DNA of 64,000 nucleotides from Pavona decussata (Eukaryota): NCBI GenBank assembly GCA_977016875.1, contig CDRNST010000229.1, positions 372,001 to 436,000 of the forward strand, read 5' to 3'. Shown piece by piece: positions 35,053 to 47,500 of this stretch (position 1 is its first letter; each line of letters starts with the position of its first letter). The notes under the pieces were generated by a model. It saw only the letters and a program-made list of their open reading frames with translations, ran no database searches and was not told where the DNA came from. The position numbers and the translations under genes were made by a program.

Positions 35053-37589
35053 CATTGTAAAATGAAAAAAGTCAAATTGGCTCCAAAGACCGAATTGGCC
35101 CCAATGTCTCCAGGGCCAATTTGGCCCATGTTGGGCCGTTTTGGACAAAAATAAGCCAAAACAGCTCTGGATGGTACCGATTGGGCCCCTCTTATTTCTG
35201 AATTGCTCCACTAAATTCTATTTTGGCACTTCCTCTCAATTTGGCTCTTCAAAGAGCCAAATAGGAAATGCCGATTTGGCCCCAACAAGGGCTAATATGG
35301 TCCAATATGAATAAATTGCACACGAAAAGATCAAGCCATGTATAGATATATTTTGTAGTATTTATTACTGAAAACTTTTATGCTATGTACACTTGCAGAA
35401 ATGTATACAATGCACATTCCCCAAAAATGAAAGTGGCAACTTAGAAGTATGTATTTATCTTTTTCTTGACTTGCAAACTTATCCAAAAGTAATTGGAATA
35501 CATACAGCGGGATCCTTGCAGACTTATATACACGTGTCACAAAATCTAAAGGAAGGACAGGTAAATCTTGCTGTGTTTTTCCAGATACATCCATACCTCC
35601 CCAATGGAGGTTGACTAGGGGCCCAGAATGCCCTATTTTCACATCATATTTACTCAAGCTTTCCCAAGATTGGAAAATCCATATGGGAAGGTTCATAGGT
35701 TGAAGGCCCTTATATAAATGTCATCTGGAATTATACATTAGACAAACATATCTATCTGCTTACGTCGAAATCTACACCTGTTCATTGTAAACATCAACAT
35801 CACTTTTTGGGCAAATACATTTAGAGTCATTGTCGCCAACAATCGTACAAATGCGTAGTGGCCTGAACGTTATCAGCTCTTCTTGGCTCCTAACTGTGAT
35901 GGCTCCTTCATTCAAAACCCTTACCCGATAAGCATGCAAGTGACTTTCATAATTCAACGTCACTATTTCTTTCAAAACAAAGAAGACTTGTGCATTATCT
36001 TTCCCAGGGACTGTCACAATTTTTTCAATGCACGAGAACTTTGGCAAGAGCCCATCGCCTCCTGTGTGGACAGCTACACCTTTTTGGTACTTCGTTCCAT
36101 GGACAATACACCAGTTTGCCCTAAAAAAGTACAAATTGTTAACAATACATGTACGTCATGATAAATGACACTAGTGAATGTGGGGCTTTCCAAGAACAAT
36201 AAGACTGGGCAGCTGTACATGTTCTCCAGTGACATAATCATACTTGTAAAATAACAGTACAGCACTTTTTATTGTTAAAGTGTAATGGTGACCATAAAGA
36301 GTTTTTAATGTGTGGTTATGTACATTTTGCCATGTTGTTATTATTGTTATTATCATTTCTAAAATTATTTCATTTGTACTTATTGCAGAGGGATGCAGAT
36401 GTTGACAGGGCGATACAAAATTATGTCCAACCCCAAATTGTAATTATTGGGGATTTATATGATATGGACCTACTCTACATTGTGACTGAGGGAAGCATAA
36501 TTTGCCAACTCCCGCAGGAGAAGATATTAGATTCTGTCCTGGGATTGCTTGGTTCCTTTTACATCTATAATGTATCGTACACCCAGTGCAAGGCAATCTT
36601 GACTTTTTTAGAGCAGGCATTACTTGAAATTGGGCGGGGGCAGACACTTGTCACTGTTTCCTCCTTTTTCAATGACTTGGCAGATGCCTGAGTCAGTTCG
36701 TGCTGAACCTTTATTTTTTAAGAACCGAAAATATTGAAAATTGTACACGAGAAACAAAGTGTGATCATTATTTTGTTACCTTCCACAAGCAGGAATACTT
36801 AATGTGGCGCTCAAGGATTCCTTGATTTTTCTATATGTTTTTTTTTTTTTTGCATTTGTACGATTTTGATTTTTTTCTTCTGTTCTTAAAAAACCACTGT
36901 CAAAAAAATAAAAATGATTGTAGACATTTGCCAGGTCATTTGAAAAAGAGATTACACTCGCAAGTTTCTCTGTTGCTCAAGTTCCACTAATGCTTGTTCT
37001 TTAGAGAAACATCAAGATTGTCAAGATTTACTGAATAGTACGGAGATTGGAAAATATGTTGCATTAGGAGGAAATACATTGTTATAAATTTTACAGATTT
37101 AACAGTTTATCATGTATGGTATACCACAAGTCTTCAAAACTGTAATTCCCTTGATTGCTACAGTACGGTTTGAAAAGGTATGTACAAGAACCAAATAAAC
37201 GAGTGTTTGAAAGCTGGAAGTTGAGTTCAGTCTCTTTATTTGCCAATAAGGGAAGAAATTTGCAGGAACAGATAAGACCATTCAACTTGTGAAATGGCCC
37301 AACAAGGAGCTGAATTGGCTCTATTTTGAGGGGTCATTTGCAAGAGGGCTAAAATTTAAGGGGGGCTGTTTTGATCACTTAAAATTCCAAAACGGCACTG
37401 GTGTTTTTCATATTGACCCTTTACATGGTCTAATTTGGGCCCAATATAAGGGTCGATTTAGCCCCCAAAAGAGGTACTGAAACAGCCCCATTTCAGTGAG
37501 GCTGAATTGGCCCTATAACAGTACCAATCTGGACTCACCCGTTTCGGCCCCATTTTTAGGGCCAGATTAGCTCTCTTCATTTTACAGTG
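35053..37589. mobile_element. Internally deleted animal EnSpm/CACTA-type DNA transposon
   Basis: TIRs CA(C/T)TGTAAAATGAA.A.AG flanked by TA; many subterminal TTGGCCC/TTGGCTC repeats. Minus-strand transposase C-terminal relic at 35772-36134 (GTKYQKG..LPKF..I.KI..VFFV...YESHLHAYRV). Plus-strand accessory (SAMD3-like) C-terminal relic at about 36390-36691 (LLGSFYIYNVSY..C..ILTFLEQALL). Confidence 0.75.
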
Positions 37590-38239
37590 TATTTTGCGCG
37601 GTCAGATGGCTAGGGCTATTGGAATCCAATAACTGAATTGGGGGTAACCCACGCATTTTTCAGAGATAATTACGCTTTAACTTGGGAAAAATTCTATACA
37701 TTGTTCCGATACATCTCGGAGATATAAGGGTCTCTCCCCTTCACGTCCCAGGGATCGAGAGAGGGGAGACCACGGGAAAGAGCTACGCCTTTATTTAAAC
37801 GATATATATGTATATTTCAAAGGTTTTTTATAATTATCGTTGTTTGATTATCTCTGAAAAATGCGTGGTCACCCGCAAATCTTTTTACATTTCAATAGTC
37901 CGTCCTAACAACTGCTTTTCTCGCATAGTAATCAACTGTGCGAAAATTCCTCATTATTAGGAGGTACCATTCTTAATTAAGGCAGTTTTTCTTCTCACCA
38001 TAAGAAGATAAGCAATTTTTTTCTTTCTGGCGCAAATGAATTAATGTTGTTGACTTCAATATCATAATGTGTCTGCTGTAATTTCAAACTGGGATGGAGC
38101 TGAATTAAAATATATATCAGTTTCAACAGATTTTTTATTTTCAATTGTTGTATATAGTAAATATAGTAAGCTGACAGAACTGGACTACTCTTTTTCACTT
38201 CATATTCATGCCAGTTTCTCAGGAGAAGGTTAGATGGGA

Positions 38240-39432
38240 CTACCAGCAATCTTCAGGTTCGAAATGCTCCAAGCAAAAGGCCTTAAGTTCCTCCAGATAC
38301 TGGGCCTCTTCGTCCGGGTAATGGTGATGACCAATGCCGGTCCCAAATAAGAAGGTCCTCTTATCGGAATGATCTGGTTGGCCCCTGTTGTAGCCAGTGA
38401 CACCTCCACTGGTCTCTTCCATGTTAGGGTCCTGATCAGGTACAGTGGTACCTACTCGTGAAAAGAATTGTGCGTTGTTATCTGGTTGTGATATACCTTC
38501 ATGGACGTCTGTTGTTAAAAGTTTTACCACAATGATCTACTTTGCAACTGATAAATTCTTCAAGTATAGTTCTATATTAGTATTATTATTCAACCACTAA
38601 ATAAGACGTAGGTGTCTTTTTTTCCCATTGATGATCCTCCCACCTAGAAACCTAAAGCGAGGTTGTTTATTGTTATGCGTATTTCTGACCGTAACAAAGC
38701 CAAGTATCCTTCTACTTAGCCAAATCATAGATGAATACAAATGCTACAACATATTGCAAAAATGGCTGTAGAATTATCTTACGAATTGTGTCCCGTTTAA
38801 AGGGCTATTGACCTAATTTTTAAATGTCAGTTTTCTCCGAAACGTATTGAAATTTCCCACGTTTTAGGAGAGGGGATTAATAACCCTCTCTCTCATTGGA
38901 GATTCTATTTTCTTTTCAAAGCATCATATAAATATCCACACGTGCATGATCAAAGTGAAACTATTTCGTATATGAAGAAGGCTTTCTACATGACCGACAT
39001 TAAAACGAGGAATTCTAATTTATTAAAAAACTGACTCATTGGATAATGCAGTTCCAGAGTTTTGATTGGTTTAGCGGCCATGGCATATGAGCCATTATAC
39101 CATGCCTCACAAATATGGTAGGAGTAGGCGTCAGGGACAAAAGAAAATATCACTTAATCTGTGGAATTTAGCAATTTTTCGTGGCCGTTCTTAATAAAAC
39201 AATTATTCTTCTCGAGCTTGTTAGGGACGAGATGATTATAGCCAACTCGGCGCTGCGCGCCTCGTTTCGTTGGCTATCTATCATCTTGTATCCAACACAC
39301 GCTCGTGAAATAATTATGAAAGTCACACGCTGGAACCCTCTCATAATTACCTTTTTCCAATATCGATCGACAAAACGATGTAAAAGGCATGACAAGGAAC
39401 AAAACAAACCAGAAAATATAACACGCCTTCAT
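38240..39432 (-). CDS. Orphan secreted prepropeptide, 116 aa; coding exons 39351-39432 and 38240-38508
   Basis: Exon A encodes the signal-peptide-like MKACYIFWFVLFLVMPFTSFC-RSILEK and ends G|gtaatt (phase 1). Acceptor ttttaacaacag|AC at 38508 restores GAC (Asp) in the open frame to TAG at 38240. A dibasic KR precedes a 38-aa C-terminal peptide. A strong 5'-UTR acceptor (ttttgttttacag|) lies at 39451, and AATAAA lies about 100 nt after the stop (38134-38139). Confidence 0.72.
39020..39316. repeat. Interspersed repeat (second copy at about 44350-44590)
   Basis: Shared AATAAAACAATTATTC..CTCG.GCTTGTT.G.A.GAGATGATTATAGCCAACTCGGCGCT.CGCGCCTCGTT core. Confidence 0.75.
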
Positions 39433-42400
39433 TACTAACTCCACTTCAGCTCTGTAAAACAAAAAAAACAAAACATGATTTAGATGTAGCTCATCAGCAG
39501 CGTAACCTTTTTACTACATTTTTCTACGTATAAGAGTGTATCAGTAGTTGTGTCTTTTAAAGTTAGTTTATCGGTTTTGTTTCTATACTCATGAGTTTTA
39601 ATTTTAGTCACTGAGCAAAATAATATGGTTGTGACGCGATGAAAAGAAACGAACTGTCCTATTCCTCAATTATATAGTAATGGACAGAAACACGTATGAA
39701 AAAGTAATGATAAAAAAAGATTAGAAGACAAAGATGGCGAACAAAATAATGCGAGGAAGAAATTACAGATTGACTGTACAATTTGAGTATACCGGCTCGG
39801 CACGATTATGAGAAAAGGAAGCAAACACTACAGAATGAATAAAGCCATGGTCTTATCCTGATTCACAATGAGGTGATTTTCAAAATTGACCTCGAAAATA
39901 ACAAGAAGGTAAGCGGGAAATAAAATTGTATCACTAATTCACTGAATCAATATCACCAACCTAGGTTGAAGAATTCTCTTTCCTAATGGCTCAATTCAGT
40001 CGTGGACAAGAGATTTTAAGGGTTTGAATTCCTCAGTGCTTGGGATGTACGAAATTTAGGCTGAGACCTGTAAACGGACCAACACAAACGATGCAGTAGC
40101 AACAGTAAATGAGCAAAATAGTAGAGAGACAATCGGCGGGATATTTTAAAGTAAAAAAAAAAAAAAAAGAAAACATTAATCAATAGATCGTAAAGTGTCC
40201 GGGATTGGATGTACATAATTCACTGACAATGGGCTTCTAACTTTTGACATTTTAGAAAAAAAAAAAAAAAAAAAAAACGTACTTCAATTTCTCTTCAAGC
40301 AAGGACCATCCGTTTTATGTTCAAGCTGTTTCACTAATTGACTTTTCTCGTTAATTACGGTACTTATGGAATAATGAAAATAAATGTTTAACACCAGGGA
40401 AAGGTACTTAGGAATTTAATCGTCCATCGATCTGTTCGTTGAAGGCCCCCGCGAAGATCTGATCAGCATTTCTGAGAAAGTTGGTGTAAGCAGTAAAAGG
40501 GTTAAGCTACAAGCGGGTCGCAGTAAGCAACCCAAATTTCCTAAGCTTGATATAATTTTTGGTTAAATTTCTGCTCCAGTGCACACTGTTGATGTACTTT
40601 AGTGTACGGAAAGGAGAGATTGGAACGGCTTCATTATTTAATACATTCGAGGGAAGAGAATTTGAATATTTCCATCAAAACATGCCAGCTTTCACTTACA
40701 GTAATGAGATTTTGTGGGCCATTTTCTCTCATACGATGCTGCGCTGAGCTAATAGCAAAATGATTATCAGATGCAACTGGGGAGTCAACATCACTCATGC
40801 CGAGAGGAAGATAACTCCTAACTTAAAATTCCCCAAGACAACTAAACTGCCTGTATTCCCTGGTCACATGAATATATTTCTTTTAAAAGGTAGCATTGTT
40901 CGAGGCAGCTGCTTAGGCTGGTCTCTCGTCCGTAGACCAATCCTGTTTGATTGGATATAAGCTTCCGCCAATAGAGCTCCAGGGGATCGTGAGTGCACGC
41001 AAGCGTCTCCGCTAAGTCAAGTACAGCACCAAAACAAAAATCCCGTTCAAACCACTTTACACGGGGTAACAAAATGCTTAGAATGGAGTACGTTCTGAGT
41101 AGAGGATTGGAAAGGAGAGGAGCAGAGAAGGAAGGGGGGGGGGGGGGGGGTAAGGGTTTGGAGAGTGCGAATTATACCAGGACGAGGGGAAGAATAGTCT
41201 GTAGTGTAAAAAAAGAACTGACATCTGGGATAAGGCAGTGAAGCCCTGTTGGAATACTAACAATCCATAGTGATTTGGCTGACTACAGGGAAGCTTGGAG
41301 AGTTAAAGCCCCAGGCGAAAGAGGGAAATAATGAGAAGTGAGTTAAGCAGGTGACCTTTACCTAGCGCAGCGTAGCTTAAATGTTTGAAGAACCACTCTG
41401 GTTTGGCGGAAGGGAATTTGGGGAAAGACCATGGTGAGAGAGGGAAACAATGAAATGCGTCTTAATCAGGCTACGATGAAGTTGGGTTGAGCCTAACCAT
41501 ACCCTCAAGGTTTTATCATTTTCTACGTTTTAATTTTTTCTACGCTCTGAGTTGGAAATAGACCTTACTTTAACAAACATGATTGCTGGGCAGGAGAGGT
41601 ACGGTTTTAATTTTCGTGCTGTAACTCTTCGATCTTATTGTGGTAATTGCAGGACAGAATGAAAGCAAAACTCTCAATAAAGTGCTTGTGGATTCGCATT
41701 TTGGACTACTCACTGAGCCAAACAAAAAATCCTACATGGAGCGACCGAGAACATTCAAAGTTCTGCTGTACCAGCTAGCAACGCTCGATATTTGAGTGAA
41801 AATATCGATTTTAATTATTGCTGGCAACAACAACAACAAAATTCAAAGAATTTCAGTTCTATTTAGGGATTTCAGGTCGGGTTTGGTTATGCCTTGTCTC
41901 GACAGTTTTGAAGGGAGTTAAGGCGTCTTTAAAATCAATCACATCTGTTCAAATTACTTTTCTTTGAAATCCTCCTTTGTAATAAATAACATCTTCATTG
42001 CTTCCATACGACATTTATGCAATTCACCAAAAAAGAAGAAAGCCAGTTAAGAAACCAGATGAATTTATTTATATATCTACATTCAAATACAGTTCCAAAA
42101 AAGACCCACACAAGGTGAGAATATTATTTTCAATATTACATTACATTTACTGGTTATCACTACATTTATCATGCAACAATTATTTTACAAGTTATTTTGT
42201 CCTTTGCTTTTAAATGCATGGCAGGACGCCATTAATGGGCCAGAAATTGGAATTACCAGACTCGAATTAAGATATTTAGTTTTGCGAATGGGTATTATTC
42301 ACATCCAGAAATGCTAGTATATCACAAGTTACATCCCCGACAAATGCCCAGTGCTTAATATAAAAAAGCCACACCAAGTGACAACAAACTGAACTATTTA

Positions 42401-43130
42401 CAACAAATTGAGCGTATTTTAACAGCATTCGTGTGTCTATAACTAGGTTGCAAGACTGAATTCCAATTTTTATGTATAATTCTCATTAATATGGACTCAT
42501 AACCTCCGCAAAAACTGGTTTATTACGGGTAACATAATAAAAACAGCGTGAAAGAATTCAAAACGTTTCAGTATCTAAAAAATTAAGTTGAAAATGAAAA
42601 AATAGCAGTCAATATCCCAAAAACTTTTTTATGTTTCAATGAGTTAATCCTGTATATGTTTTTACGAAGATTAAACTGGAATTTGGCGATTTTCTTTCTT
42701 TAGGTATTTCACCAGGTGCCACGCAGACACAGAACCACGTTATTCAACCCTCAAATCCCCAGTGTCAACTTGAATATTCTCCTCACTGTTTAAAGATCAA
42801 AACTTTTTCTTTGACGATCAATTCCTTTTTTCTCATAACCTGCATGTTTGATGAGTAGCGACATTGTAAGGAGAAATAAGCTTCTGGTCTCTATTGAGGG
42901 TAAATCAAAATTCTGATCCCTGAGCCACCCCACCCCCCTCTAAAAAAACCTCGTTTTCATGTTGTTTTATCTTGAATGCATTTTATACTAAAACGTGGAA
43001 ATCGCGGACGTTTTCTTGATATAGCACAAAATTCTCACGACTTCCTTGTTAGGGAACGCAAAGTATTTAGTGAGGAGAATAAATAGTTCATTATTGCAAG
43101 AACTTAAGATTATTTCGGTGCTGTGGTTGC

Positions 43131-44493
43131 TTATTTTTCTGCCTCTGTCTTGATCATCTCTTCTTTTATTTCCAAGCATTTCTTCGGCAGAACGTCGCTC
43201 GTCTTAGACGTAGGTTTTCCAAAGAGCTGTGGTGCGCCAAGCTCTCCATGTGTAATGCGTTCAAAAGTGTTCATGAGATCATAACAGATAGACTCACTCA
43301 CAACAGAGTCTTTCTTGTAATCAGGGTGTATTGCCACAAAATTACGAATCCACTGTGCTGTGGTCAGCAGCTCACCTAAAAGAGTGTTTATTTTATGAGT
43401 CAACCAACCGCAAACAAAAAAAAAAAGAAAAAAAATTAATCTGCAAACAAAATGACGAAAGAAAAAAAAACCCCACCTACACGTATATTGCCACAAAAAA
43501 CGGCGGGCTTCTACGAACACCAAATCAAATACGCTGTACAAGACAGGTTTTCAGTTCAAAGCGAAAAGGCGCGAGTTTTAGATGGTTTGTTTCGTCACGG
43601 TTAAGTGTTTCGCTTGCCAAAAGCACTCGCAAACAGAAAATCAATTACTGCATGCAACAAAAAGCTTTTAATAATAATAACGACTGTTTATTCACAATTT
43701 AAGTAAAAGCGAAAAGCTTTAGTCTCAGGAAACGCACAACAACGTTGCAGCAGGACGAGTTTTTCTTTCAAGTGAGTTTAACATGACCCTAGCCAATTAA
43801 AGTCCTCGCAATCCATGTTATATATCAGCGGTTTCAATTGTGTTTACTACGCTCTTTGATTGGCTATGAAACTCGCGCCATCTTTCTCAACCAATTCGAA
43901 GTTAATCAAAAACCAATCAAGACTCTTCCACGCGTTTTCCCCGGTCTGGCGCCGATTACATGTATTGGTTCATTGTGTTGTTCAGGTGTGCTGTGATTGG
44001 CTAGGGTAATTAGGTTGGTTTTCGTTTACTTACCAGATGCTCTCCGCTGAATAAGCTTCAGGTATTGCGAGATGGTACAGCGCGTGTCAATATCCACGTC
44101 TACGTTACCAAGGTAACTTTCTATCAGCGGTATCAGGCCGGGAAATTCACCATCCTAAGGAATCAAAAGTAAGGATCATTGTACAAAAATAAGACGTGCA
44201 TTTAAAGATGGGCTTTATCTCACCTTGCCGTTGATGATCTTGTCAATTGTCATCAGCTCATACTCATCTTCACAATCTGGCACGCCATTTTGAGCATCTC
44301 CATTAACTGCTGTGGGACCTAAGAATGAAAAAGAAAATAAGTAATACATATTATTAAAAACTGGATCATTGTATAATGCAATTCCAGGGTTTTGATTGGC
44401 TTAGCAGCCATGGTATATGAGCCATCATACCATGCCCGAGAAGTAAGGAAATCAGCAAGGTCTACCAATATAACTTGATTGTTTTTAATAAAA

Positions 44494-44530
<37 letters not shown>

Positions 44531-44531
44531 T

Positions 44532-44589
<58 letters not shown>

Positions 44590-47500
44590 GNNNNNNNNNN
44601 NNNNNNNNNNNNNNNNNNNNNNNNNNNNNNNNNNNNNNNNNNNNNNNNNNNNNNNNNNNNNNNNNNNNNNNNNNNNNNNNNNNNNNNNNNNNNNNNNNNN
44701 NNNNNNNNNNNNNNNNNNNNNNGTTAAAGGAAACAGCAACAACAACAAGTTGTGGTGTGCTATAAGCATAATAATAATAATAATAATAAAAATAAACGAC
44801 AAATTTGTATGGCACATAAGTCCATGACAAGATGATCAAAAGCGCTCAATTATGATCACATGATGATCAAATTAGACCAGCTGAGAGGGAAGATTTTGTG
44901 GAGCTTTGGAACTGTTTGGCGGTGCACAGGCCGCTTTGACTTTCTTGGCTTTCGGACTCTGTAAGATTGAGCCGACGGTGAATAACTAGCCCCGCTGAAG
45001 ATGGTTTGGCGAACCAAAGGGTCCCTTAGACTACGCTAAGAGAAGCTTGGGATCATTGCTATTACAGCATTCCGGTAAGACAAACAGCTACATATAGAGA
45101 CCGCACAACAACACTGCGAACTTCGAAAAGAAAATGTAAAAATTCGTCAGTCGCAAAGCCCAATTGAATTTTATCTTTCACTTACATTTCTTCAGAGTCT
45201 TCCTGAAGTAAAAATGTCCCTGACGAGCAGCATCTTTTTGTTGAGCAGTGATCATATTTTCATCCACCTAACAGCAAAGTTAACAGCAGTTTATAGATAA
45301 GAATCATCAGGTGCACTCCACTTGATAAACTCAACAAACAACGACTAAAAGAATCATTTGGCGCATCAAAATTGTCAGCGTTTTATTGTGTAAAGAATTA
45401 AAGGCGCGATATAAAGTTTTCAGTAAGCAACTAGTTACAGCGTAGAGACTTTAATTTTTTCACATCGTCAACATATTCCCCTGGACAGATAACCATAAAA
45501 ATAGCTAAAAATTATATATGTTAAATGAAATGTCATTACTACAGTAGAAACGCGGACGTTTCCATCGTGTACATGTAACGGACCAGATGGCTGAGTATAA
45601 ACATTAGGATCCACCTGCTACGATCACGCAACTGTCTGAGTAGGAAAGCATTCGTTACGATTTTTAATTCACAGTTCTTTCGTTTATTTACTATTTTGTG
45701 TCTCATCTTTGCTATCCAAGAAAAATCAACAAGGTTTCTCTTCCTACCTTTGACAATGGAATAAGGAGATTGAGGTCAAATGACAAAATGACCCTTGTAA
45801 GAAGCACCACGAACGTTACATAGGCAGCATTTTCGAAGTCTGTTAGTTGCACCTTAAAAGGTAAGAATATACATTTTTGATAACAGCAAGACTAGTCCGA
45901 GTCACATGAGAATTTCTGCTGTACTAACTACTCGAGTTAACAAGAATCTGATTAAACTACTTAAATTGCGTAATGTGATATCAATTGAGCTCTCACCTCA
46001 GTGGGCCTGAATTCCACTCTCCAACCGATTGAGGAGTTGGGAGGAGGCGGCTTAAACCGCATGGTCTGCCAGTTTGTTGACTGAATATTCTGATGACATT
46101 AAATAACACAAAAGACCTTAAAACCTTCACATATGTACAATTCACTAAATTCGTCTCAAACGTCTTGAGAATCACTGTACAGGGCAACTACGAGGTAGTT
46201 TATACTCGTTAAATAATTTTTTGAAAAGGAGCACCGATCCCAGACACTCCACAAATTGGTGTATGAGTATGGTACGCCTGGTAACCGTTGAGTGGCGGCA
46301 CTAGCTGTACCCAGAATGCAGTGTACCTCAAAATGATCTGTAAACTGCTCATCATCCTCATCAACGTGTTCATGAAACAGCGTCAGAGGATCCCGGATAA
46401 ACAGGTGAGCATAGTGACGGGCCAACTGTTCATCAATGCCTGTTTCAAAGACAAAGACGAAGGAACAATTAACTAACGTCACGATAATCATGATATTTCT
46501 GGACTTATTTCACACGCATTTCTACAGTATGTCGCCCTACCAAACCATCACTTCCTGTTTCAGAACGTGGGATCAAATTCGTTATATTTTCCGCGGTACA
46601 CTTCATAATGAAAGGCATTTGGATCCAAGTACTGTACATTCATTGATGGTGAAGGGAATAGTTCCAACTTCGGTTTGCGAAGAAACGAGGTTTTTTTTGT
46701 TTCTGTTTTTCTTTTCCTTTTTCCTATTGTTTTGATTTCCTGGCTTTTGTAAGCCTTAAATACATTAAGTTACACAGTACGTACTCTCTTGAAAGGAAAA
46801 CTATAGCATTAGGTGGCAAATTCAGAAGTCTGGAACTTATTGATTGTGTCGCCAATTTCATTTTGGACTTTAAAAGCAACTTTTGCAAGATAAACTTTCC
46901 TTGCTTGTTGGGATGAAAGCCTTAAGTACAATTTCAACAGTTTACGGTTACTGAATTTGAGGCAAACAAAAAACAAAACAAAACAAAAAAATTGAACGAC
47001 AACAGATTTCACTAACCCGCATCAACGAGCTGTTGATAAATCTCCTTGTCGTGCACCAAGTCAATATCACTGTACTCATTTCCCTCTGGCGACAGATATG
47101 TACTTATTGAGTCATATCTTGACTTGGGAATGACAAATCTGTTTTCCTTTAAAGGCTGTATGTATAAAATAACAACAACAAATCAGGAGCTAAAATGCCA
47201 GTCTAACATGCTCAAATTACAGTCTTGTCTTGTAAGGAGGCATTGAAAAAATGTTAACACTGCGTATCACCAAGGATTCATTAAGTGCTTAGATTGGCTG
47301 CAACTGGATGAACGGCTCTCTACAATGCACATACACGTATAAGGATGCTTTTCAAGAAATGCCATGTAACCAGTGATCCATCACAAAAAGTGATGTCAAC
47401 AAAGTCGTATCACCATTGAACACATACAATGCTATGGCAGCTCTGATAACATGCATATTCTCCCCACCTCTAGTCCTCTCTCTTCTGGAGTACGATCATC

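Noticed and set aside
38240-38530. Stand-alone 96-aa ORF
   Set aside because: It starts at GTG and is better explained as the terminal exon of the spliced prepropeptide gene.
40930-41490. Possible DIRS/Ngaro retroelement terminal relic (similar-looking tracts at about 30880-31230 and 50120-50450)
   Set aside because: No coding motif or paired terminal repeat could be demonstrated within the window.
44475-44839. ORFs spanning the N run
   Set aside because: Artefacts of the assembly gap and the adjacent interspersed repeat.
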